A program made the position numbers and the translations under genes. The notes under the pieces were generated by a model. That model made no database searches and was not told the origin of the DNA. It worked only from the letters and a program-made list of their open reading frames with translations. A DNA stretch of 61,131 bases from Octopus sinensis (lineage: Eukaryota). The stretch lies in contig NW_021833689.1 of the NCBI RefSeq assembly GCF_006345805.1, positions 1 to 61,131 on the forward strand, written 5' to 3'. Shown in pieces: positions 50,982 through 61,131 of the stretch; position 1 is the first letter of the stretch, and each line of letters starts with the position of its first letter.

Positions 50982-52696
50982 CTGTTTAAGAAAGAAAATG
51001 TGCGGAATTTGATATCAGAGACACTGGTTAGAGACTGTGCAGACGATAACAACGGCGAAGACAACAACAACAACAGCAGCGGAGGCGCAATGGCCCAGTG
51101 GTGAGGGCAGCGGACTCGCTGTCGCAAGAACGCGGTTACGAATCCCAGACCGGGCATTATGAGTGTTTATTGAGCAAAAGCACTTAAGCTCCACGAGGCT
51201 CCGCCGGGGGTGGGTGGTGAACCCCGCTGTACTTTTTCACCACAACTTTCTCTCACTCTTTCTTCCTACTTCTGTCACAAAGCAGAGGAACCATGGTGTG
51301 ACCCACTATGGTGTGGTAAACTTTCAGACCCTAGTCTAGATTGCGAATCCTCTGTACCCCAGGATGGTTCAGCTCTCCACCCGTTAAAAGCCACCGTTTA
51401 AGGAATGAGGATAACAACGTAGCTTTCGCGCCTGTGCAACCGCCAGTCTATCGCGTGTGGTGGGTGGATCTTCAAGTTGCCACACGCATTCTTAGTAGCT
51501 TAGAGTAGGCTCGAATTAGAGATTATTCTTTGTGGCTAATGGCGTGAGTCCTGATTGGAAGAAGAAGAAGAAGAAGAAGAAGAAGAAGAAGAAGAAGAAG
51601 AAGAAGAAGAAGAAGAAGAAGAATGTGAAGAAGACAGCAAATACAACAACAATAGCGATTTTGTAATTTTAGGCACAAGGTCACCAATATTAAAGTGTGA
51701 AGGTACATCGATAGATATCGATTAAGCTGTTTGAATGACACCTTATTCTATCAGCCCGGATCCGATAACGGGCGACGTTGATCGTATCATATTTAAAACT
51801 TGCTTAAGAGATGGTGGAAATACTGCATGTAGAATTCTTCTGTCAAACTACTGCCATCAATGTTGATGATGATGATCATGATGATGACGAAGATGATGAT
51901 GATGGTGGTGGTGGTGACGAAGATGACGATGATGATGATGTAGCTTTTAAAAAAAAATGGGGAAAAAATCTCCGAAAAAATTTTGCCCACAAATTTCCTT
52001 AAAATCGTAATCTATTCTGTTGAAAAAGGATTTGTATAAATTTTCATCAAAAGACATCCATTTTCCTGAAAGTTATGAAGGGGAAAATGTCAGATCGTGT
52101 GAATTTTCCAAAACTCCTCAATCCAATTCCTCGGAAAAATTATTTCCTATAAATCCCGATATACTCTGAAGCCACAACATCTAAGTGGTATTTGTAGAAA
52201 ATTTTGTTAAAAAGTATTCATTTTTCTGGATGTTATGAGACAACAAAGTCGGAGGCCCTTTAATTTATACGATTTTTTCATTGCATGTTTATTTCATTCA
52301 TTGTTTGCAATGTTCTCTTTCCCCCCTCTCACACATACATACACAGCAAGGCTTAGAGATGGGCTGCTGAATTGTAATCTATATGTTTCTTTGGGAGGAA
52401 GGTGAAACTTTACAAATTGCTTCTCCCTCTGTTGTTGGACTACCATGATGTTTGTTTAAAAGAGAAAGATTATGACTGAGATAAAATAATGAAAGCAATA
52501 TTTGATTATAATAATAAGAGGGATCTTTGATTATAATGATAACAGGGATCTTTGATTATAATAACAGGGATTTTGAGCAGGTCTCCGGAAATTAATTACT
52601 CGGGATACAATTTATTGCTTATAGATGAATAAAAGCAAGATGATTCCAGGATGTAAGTGAATACAACGAGACATCATAAAATGAAAAATAGCTTAC

Positions 52697-52860
52697 TCAT
52701 TTCCTAGAGATGAAAACATATTAAAGCTGGTTGCGTTCAGATCAGTCCATGGGTTCCTTTGCAGTCTTTCATACTGAAACCAGTTATGAAGGGTTGAATT
52801 ACGTACATCAAATCTCAAATCCATAACGAGTCTTCCGCTTTTGTAACCTTTGAACTGCGC
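52697..52860 (-). CDS. Gene B exon 3
   Basis: TTCTTAG|GCG CAG ... GGA AAT GA|GTAAGC; 164 nt, phase 0->2. AQFKGYKSGRLVMDLRFDVRNSTLHNWFQYERLQRNPWTDLNATSFNMFSSLGN. Confidence 0.87.
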
Positions 52861-52968
52861 CTAAGAAATTATGAAATTGAGATCCATAATTATATGTATA
52901 AGCATATGTATGTGTGAGCATATATACAAACATACATTCATACTTATATATATATATATATATACATA

Positions 52969-53044
<76 letters not shown>

Positions 53045-53731
53045 TATATATATTTGTTGTGCAAGATTTTTGATGTGAAATCGTGTGTTGAAACAGGTAT
53101 TGTTGTATTTCGGAATGGTCATTTTGCCAGTTTAGCCAATAAAAACACACGCACTATATATTTGGTCTTACTTTGCTTCACCATTATTTATTTTTTACAT
53201 CAATCTTAATCTTATTCTGGCCAGAGTTCGTTCGTCACACTCCTGTGACTGCATCAGTGGTCCTTTGTTTTCTTCTTTCTTATTTGTGTGTCTCTTCTTA
53301 CTAACCGTCAGCCATTTTCTATTTCTATTGTATGTGTCTTCATTTGCGCATGCGTATATCTCTATGTGCGTCTATGTTTAGTTAGTGTGTGGGGGGAATG
53401 CCTGTGATATTTGTGTCTTCTGTTTATATACGTTCGTGTAATTTGTTCTTGTTTATTCTTATTTTGTTCATGTGTTTAGACCCACTTATTATTATTATTA
53501 TCATTATTATTATCATTATCAAAATGGCTGACGGTTAGTAAGGAGAGACACACAAATAAGAAAGAAGAAAGCAAAGGACCACTGATGCGGTCACAGGAGT
53601 GTGACGAAAGAACTCTGGCCGAAATAAGATTAAGTTTAATGTAAAAAATAAATAACACTGAAGCAAAGTAACGCCAATATATAGTGCGGGTGTTTTTATT
53701 GGCTAAACTGGCAAAATGATCATTCCGAAAT

Positions 53732-53777
<46 letters not shown>

Positions 53778-55832
53778 TATATAATATATATATATATACT
53801 GCAAATTTAGGGTGAATAGTTGACAAGTGTAAGCACCTGTATACGCCAGAATAGTGGCAGATGTGAGAGAGAATAATCAAATAAAATCAAAAACAGAACA
53901 CAAAGGATGTCGCGGTACACGTGTTTCAAGCTTTATAAACGACCTGTTCTTACATCAGTGTGTAATAGATATAAAAGATGGTTTAAAGCTATCTTCAGCC
54001 TCATGCATTGTTATTTCAAAGAGTTACATCACACTATAAAAAATATGAAAAGTACATGTAGTATTGCCCTTTACAATAGGTATATCATATCTCCCTAAGG
54101 TGTATTTGTAAAATTTCGTAACTGTATATGCGTGTAGGGGATCATTGGATTTCGAAAATCTGTTCATATTGTATCACCAGTCAACATAAAGTGAATGTTA
54201 AATAGATTTGAATGGGTTCATTCTTCTTGTAAGGAAATAGAAATAAAGAGAAGGAAAAAGAAAAAGGAAGGAAATAAAATAAAATAGGGAGAATATGGAG
54301 AGAGAAAAATAGATAGAAAGGATAGAGAGAAAAAATAGAGGGGAAATAGAGAGAAAGAAAAGGGAGAAAAAGAAGGAAGAGGAGAAAATGTTGAAGTGAG
54401 AAACAAATGAAGAGAACAATGTAAGTAAAATTTAAGGGTAATAAAAATAGTAAAGAAATTGTAAAAATTCAAATATAAGGATAATAAGGTTAGAACCAGC
54501 GTGGAAGGTGTTTGTAAGCCATTTAAGAAACACACAAAAGCCGTTCGATTCACTTCAACATTTAAGTTTAATTTGTCAAAATATTTTCGTCGCTATAAGA
54601 CCACAACCTGTTCACTGACAAAAATCCGTGCTGCATCTGTATATATATACATACAGAATATATATATATATATCACCCAGCGGACACCCACCATGGGTCA
54701 TCACAATTGCTCAAGGTAAAAATGAATTCCTCGCTCTTTCGGGAACATCAATCTTCTGTATTGACTGCTTTCCACCACTTTGATCTGTTTTTTATATTGA
54801 ATACGTATCGCCACCGTGGGCCACTGCATCGAACACTTTGAACATATAGCATGAATGAACTTACTTCAAACTATATATGAAATTTAAGATGTCTGACTCC
54901 GTTGTGTATTGTAAATGAATTTCTTGTGTTTGACGGCATGAGCTGTCTTTTTTTATATATAACTTTTTTTGATAAGGTTCATTTCAGGAACTGAAACATG
55001 TTATAATGTATATATAAAAATTAAAAATTGTATAATATAGCAGCATTTTCGCACTTCATTTTTTACACACACACATATATATATATATATATAACAATTG
55101 CAGCGTGGAAGGTGTTTGTAAGCCATTTAAGAAACACACAAAAGCCGTTCGATTCACTTCAACATTTAAGTTTAATTTGTCAAAATATTTTCGTCGCTTT
55201 AAGACCGCGACCTGACAAAAATCCGTGCTGCATCTCTTGTCAGTGAACAGGTCGCGGTCTTAAAGCGACGAAAATATTTTGACAAATTAAACTTAAATGT
55301 TGAAGTGAATCGAACGGCTTTTGTGTGTTTCTTAAATGACTTACAAACACCTTCCACGCTGCAATTGTTTTCGTTTCAGCACACGATCTCAGATCAAAAT
55401 CACTTGCTATGCAAGTACATCTCCGTAAAGGTGAGAATCACATATAAGCATCAAAAGTTAGTCAAAACAGAGTAACAAAAAATATAAAAATGTAAAGAAT
55501 AAATAGAAAACTACAAAGATATATAAAAAGATATAAAATAATCGTTAAACAAAAGAATTGAGATAAATAGATAAGACGCTAAAAGAGCTGAGAATAAGAT
55601 TTAGGTTTTGATGTGGTGGTAAGGGTCATAAATCACTTCTTATTTTCGGGGGGGGGGTTGAAATTTGATATTGTTGTAGTGAATGGTCAGTTTACACCAA
55701 TCCACCACTACAAGTTACTAGCTTTAAGTTTATAGTATGTGTGTGTGTGTGTGTTTATACACTTATCTGCGCGCATATATATAAGCATGTCTCATACAGC
55801 ACAGCATGAGATACACAGTCTTAAATATATAT

Positions 55833-56790
55833 TGTTACGAACCTGCCGTCGCTCAACTCGAACTCGGAACCCTAAGTCGAGCGACGACGACAACCACCCT
55901 CAGTCAAACGGAAATCCACCACAGAAAACGGCGGTCGGCTGCGAACGCAAGCCAGAAACCAGAGACAACAACAACAATAGGAAGAGAGAGACAGCGGAAG
56001 GCAGTTGCTGACATTTAACAACAGTTTATACAATTGTTACAACATCAAATAAAACGTGATACATATCAGATACATTCAAAGAAAAACATTCAACAAATTA
56101 TACAGGGTTAAAAAGAAAAACAATAATCCATGCATTTAAACATAACACAACGTCCGAAAACAATTCAAACAAATGTTCAACACAATACAGAGCTCGAAAA
56201 CAGTCCATATTAAATTCTTTCTCCTCTCTTCAACAATTCTTTTTTTTTACATTTCAATAGATTACAGTTTATGTCACAATGTTCTTTTCCCTTCTTTTTC
56301 TTTCTTTTCCACAGTTCTTTTTTTCTGACACAATGTTCTTTTTCCTTTTTTTTCAGTCTTTCTGTTTTTACACAACTCACAAGTTCTTTTCTCTTTTCTT
56401 TTACATTTCACATCAACTTCCAAAATTCAACAACGAAAACATAAACAACATTACCGTACGTTTTCTCGTCTGTAACACTCCCTGAATCATCACAAAACTC
56501 CCACTATATCAGACCGAGTTCAAAATGTCTCTCGCTTGTCATCTCTCACATTCACTGTCTGTCTTTCTCCAGACCACGTTTGTCATCCTTGTCGTTGCCT
56601 CTCGCTTGACAAGTCCTCAATCCCCTGTGTCTGTCTTTCTCGCCATCGCGAGGACCTAAATGTCACTTCTTAACTCATTAATTTCCCCTAGAGATGACAG
56701 GACAAAGCCAAATAACTTCTTTCGCCAGTCCATCTGACACCAAACCACAAAACTGGGTCATAGCACTTTTTCCTCAACTGACCTCTGCAT
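55833..56790 (-). mobile_element. Related LTR-like sequence in opposite orientation, apparently truncated
   Basis: Begins TGTTACG on the + strand. 56530-56610 is the reverse complement of 37840-37900 (GAGAAAGACAGACAGTGAATGTGAGA..TGACAAGCGAGAG). Confidence 0.45.
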
Positions 56791-58045
56791 CAATATGGAA
56801 TTACACACATATCCCCATGCGTATCTACAGTTAAACCCAAGTAAATATATACATATACTACTAGGGATATGTACAGATATAAATATCTATACCCACGAAC
56901 AGCCACACACGTATATCTTAATACACACATATACACACACGTGTACATACACACACATACGTATATACATACATACGCACGTACATACATATACATATAT
57001 ACACACACACATATATATAAATACAGATACACATACATACACATTTAGATATATCCCTATATATACATATATATATAACAAAGTTGAGTTGTGGGGTATC
57101 GCACGAGTGGAATTATATACGAAGGAAGGTTTGAAAATGCAATTTAAAATATGTTTATTTACTTGTTTTATACATATATATATACATACACATATATACC
57201 TACAAACGCATATATATATATGCACATATAAATGCACATATACATATACACATATACATACATACTTGCATACCCATATATATATATACACACATACACA
57301 TGCATACATATAAATATCACCATGTATAAATATTCATACATTCACGTCCATCGATTCATGTATATACACACATTACATCTTCTAAGTGTCTATCTTGTTT
57401 TGGGGGATATAATAGTTTTAATTTAATAATTTAATATTTAATATTTAATAAATATTTAATAATTCAATGTAATTTAAATGCAAAGATAAAAGATAAAGGA
57501 TAAAAAATTAGAAAATAAAATAAAGTAAGAAAAATACAAAGAAACTATTATAATAATCGCAATAATACTAGTGATCATGATATTGTTATAATATTACAAT
57601 ATAATATTGATTGGAAAATATATATTGGTTGGAGAGATTTCAAGAGTATCCACTTATGTAAATTATACTCTTATTTTGATTATTAGAGAATGTATTATGT
57701 TAAAAGCTTCTTGGTAGTTATTTACCCTTTAATACTAGTTTAATATTACTAAAGATATTAATGAAGTTATTAGTATTTGTTGGTAGTGATATAGTAAATT
57801 CTAGAGACAATGGTTAGATTATTTATCTATGTTCTATATAAATAAGTATAAGTAAGTATACATTTTCTAAATTGAATGGTATCTTTATACTATCTGTGGT
57901 TAGAATTTATTGAGGTGAGGGTAAACTTAGTAAGTAGTTGGGGGTAAGACTAGGAGTAGTTAATCCAATGCCTGAGTAGTGGCAGGATGAAGTAGATTAT
58001 GGAAATTCCAATGTGAGATGATCATGAAGGGATTAAAATGGAGAT

Positions 58046-58500
58046 TTAAGGATTATAATATTTAAAGGTTTTAGTTAATTTATGCATGCAAGTTGGTTTG
58101 AATTCAGATCTTTTATTAACTAGTTTGTCTTTATCCGGGAATCTAATGATTTTTGGTAGTTCTAAGGAGCATAGTTGGCAACCAGTTCTATTATTTTTAT
58201 AAGTCGCTGTCGATCCAACTATGGACCATCTAAGGTTAAATTTTATATTTTTGTCCTTAAGTTCCCAAATCCTACTTGATAAAGATGTACTGTTAGCCTT
58301 ATTTTTGAGTCTAAAGGACGACCGGTGATTATAGAACCTAGATTTCCAGGCGGATGAGCACCCAATATAAATAAGAGTATTTAATTCAGTAATTATTTCA
58401 CAGGAGTAAACTGTTTTTTTTGCCAGGAAATTTCCACGTAAGGGACACGCTGCTGCAGTCACACAATTGCACCCGTGATTACAATTTTCAGGCCGTCCGT
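58046..58500 (-). mobile_element. Penelope-like GIY-YIG endonuclease remnant
   Basis: CNC...CPL...VYSCEI...IYIGCSSAWKSRFYNHRSSF...LSSRIWELK...WSIV...CQLC.LE...VNKRSE...CMH, the C-terminal PLE endonuclease pattern. Confidence 0.88.
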
Positions 58501-58829
58501 TATTTGTCCGTGGATGGATAATTTCGATATGGTTGTTATCATGGCTACTACTACGGTAGATCGAGACTATGCCTACATTTTCGCTATTATTATCGTTATT
58601 ATCTTTATTAGTGCTATTCAAATTTTTCCTACCTATAATTCTTCCACCGCTAGTACTGATGTTAGACCTATTATCCACATCCCCATTATTGCTAGTTATA
58701 TTGGTATTGTGATTACTTTTCGCAATTATTGTTTGATGTGGACTGAGTCATTCCATTATTAGTAGTAGTATTATCTTCATTTGACGTGGCAGTATTCTAT
58801 GTTATGCCATTAAACCTTGTTGGGTCTTA

Positions 58830-59170
58830 GTTAGTTAGTTAGTTAGTTAATTTGGCTCAAAAGCAAATAGCAAGGCCATGTAGGGGGACATGGAGTTAAG
58901 TACAGGGTGGTGTTCATGTAAAGAGTTCAGGCCACTTGAGGTCAAGGGAGTCTTTGAACAAAGCGGTCGTCGGCATCTTCACCATCTCGTCTGGCAGCTT
59001 GTTCCACGGATCCGCAACCCGGAGCTTTTCGGAATGACCCCACAGCCGACGCTCTGGAGCAGGAGTGAAGAACAGCTCTTTCGAGAGGTTATACTTTCCG
59101 CTTATGATGTTGTGGGCAAGAATGAGATCACCACGGCGGCAGTTTATCAGTTCATCTGTTACACTGTGAT
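58830..59170 (-). mobile_element. CR1/L2-group LINE 3' remnant with (TAAC)n tail
   Basis: RRGDLILAHNIISG...GHSEKL...WNKLPDEMV...FKDSLD is a typical CR1 ORF2 C-terminus with an internal deletion. (GTTA)n at ~58828-58850. Confidence 0.75.
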
Positions 59171-59400
59171 TCGATATATAAGTATTGTTATTAGGTTCAA
59201 TATTATCTCCATCCTTATAATGAGTGCTATTACTAGCTTTCTTATCATTGCTATCGCTGTCCTGAATATTGTTATAGTAATTAGTATAGCTATTGTTGTT
59301 ATCAGTGCTAAAGTCGTTGTTTAGGGAACTACTATCAGTTATCTCTAAGCTATCAGCTTGGCGGTTAGACACCATAGCTGTAGGGATAATAACTTCGTTA

Positions 59401-59459
<59 letters not shown>

Positions 59460-59517
59460 ATTATTGTTATTATTATTATTGTTATTGTTATTGTTATTAT
59501 TATTATTGTTATTATTA

Positions 59518-59559
<42 letters not shown>

Positions 59560-59854
59560 CATTCAGTAGTTTTATTTTTATAACGTGCTTTCACTTCACT
59601 ACCGAGCGCAGCTCCGTGTGCCTTGGGTATGTGCTGTGATTTGTTGTGATGCTCTGATGGTTACTGTATTGAAAGTGTTCTGCATAGGATGTGTGCAGTG
59701 CCTAGTAGTGCAATTAGTATATATTATATATATACATATATATATATACATATGTATATACATATGTACATACATATATATACATATATATATATACATA
59801 TATATGTATAATATATACATACATATGTATATATATATATATATACATACATAC

Positions 59855-59925
<71 letters not shown>

Positions 59926-59928
59926 TGT

Positions 59929-59961
<33 letters not shown>

Positions 59962-60554
59962 TTCTGTGTCTGTGCTTGTCTCCCCAACATCGCTTGACAA
60001 CCGATGCTGGTGTGTTTACGTCCCCGTAACTTAGCGATTTAGCAAAAAAGAGACCGATAGAATAAGTACTAGGCTTACAAAGAATAAGTCCTGGGGTCGA
60101 TTTTCTCGACTAAAAAGAGGCGGTGCTCCAGCATGGCCACAGTCAAATGACTGAAACCAGTAAAAGAGTAAAAGAGTGTGTGTGAGTGTGTCTGTGTATG
60201 TTGTTGTTTGTTTGTTCGTTCCTTCTCGAGCCACGACTGGCTCATAAGGGCCGGTTTCCCGGTTTCCTTGGCGTATAGGTTCCCCCACCTGGACAGGACG
60301 CCGGTCCGTCGCGGGTGAGCTGCAAGATGTAGGAGGAAAGAGTGAGAGAAACTTGTGGCGAAAGAATCAGCAGAAGTTTCGCCATTACCTTCTGCCGGAG
60401 CTGCGTGGAGCTTAGGTATTTCGCTCATAAACACACACATCGCTCGGTCTGAGATTCAAACCCACGATCTCTCGACTGTGAGTCCGCTGCTCTAACCACT
60501 AGGCCATGTGCCTCCACAGTCTGTGTATGCGCTTGCGTCTATGTGTGTACATAC

Positions 60555-60703
60555 CTTATCCATCGGAAGATTTCTCCATGAGTCAAGGATCAAATTCCGG
60601 TAGAGACCTACATCTGAAGCATATGGTTTTATTTGGTAAAAGCTATTATAAACGGGCGCTATCGTAGGGATCTTTACTCTAAATACCATCACCGATGTAT
60701 CAG
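60555..60703 (-). CDS. Gene B exon 2 (paralog of gene A; exon 1 presumably beyond the window)
   Basis: TATTTCAG|CT GAT ACA ... GAT AAG|GTATGT; 149 nt, phase 1->0. DTSVMVFRVKIPTIAPVYNSFYQIKPYASDVGLYRNLILDSWRNLPMDK (compare gene A FRHPILDIWNLLPIDE). Confidence 0.82.
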
Positions 60704-61131
60704 CTGAAATATAAAAGATATTAGTTTAAAATTTTGAAATTTTGGACAGTAATTTCGTGGGAAGGGTTTAGGTCGATTACATCGACCCCAGAATTCAACT
60801 GGTACTTATTTTACCGACCCCGAAAGGACGAAAGGAAATGTCGACTACGGCGGAATTTGAACTCGGAACGTAAAGAGACGGACGAAATGCCGCTAAGCAT
60901 TTTGCGAGTTCTGTGCCTTATGAGATATAGGAAATATTAATGATGATGATATAATTATTAAAAATATAATTATAATTCGGCACAAGGTCAAGAGTTTTGA
61001 GGGAAAGAGTTTAGCCGTTACAATAGACCCCAATACTTCACTGGTACCTTTATCGTACCCAGAGGGATGGAAGGCAAACTGAACACCGATGGGATTTGAA
61101 CTTAGGTCGTAAAGAACAGAGACAATTAACT

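Noticed and set aside
50804-51157. 117-aa single-exon ORF as listed in the track
   Set aside because: Only 50818-50981 is coding (gene B exon 4). The rest is intron and SINE sequence.
56795-57426. ORFs rich in Y/I/H/T or C/V
   Set aside because: Low-complexity (TA/CA)n sequence.

Overview
Repeat-rich eukaryotic genomic DNA. An octopod cephalopod is inferred from the tRNA-derived SINE, Penelope and R4-Dong repertoire and the very dense (TA)n/(TAA)n microsatellites. Most of the supplied ORF track is microsatellite or SINE noise. Reading the minus strand for spliced exons gives two tandem paralogous genes with identical intron phases (1,0,2,1). Gene A is complete: 5 exons, 18590->8037, 885 nt, 294 aa, with a signal-like peptide, a reduced PAN/apple-like module and an uncharacterised ~185-aa C-terminal domain. 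Gene B has exons 2-5 in the window (60703->46081); its exon 1 is presumably beyond the window end. Other notable items: a decayed orphan exon-1 paralog (~29306-29560); three partial copies of gene A's last exon just past its stop; at least two intact-core minimal hammerhead ribozymes plus degenerate ones; a ~20-unit 191-bp satellite; an internally deleted R4/Dong LINE in (TAA)n with a recurring TAA-embedded ~500-bp companion repeat; Penelope, RTE, CR1 and L1/Tx1-like remnants; mariner, hAT, TA-flanked and Helitron-like non-autonomous elements; many long palindromes; and a 5S rRNA pseudogene. Exons and translations were worked out by hand. Repeat boundaries are approximate.
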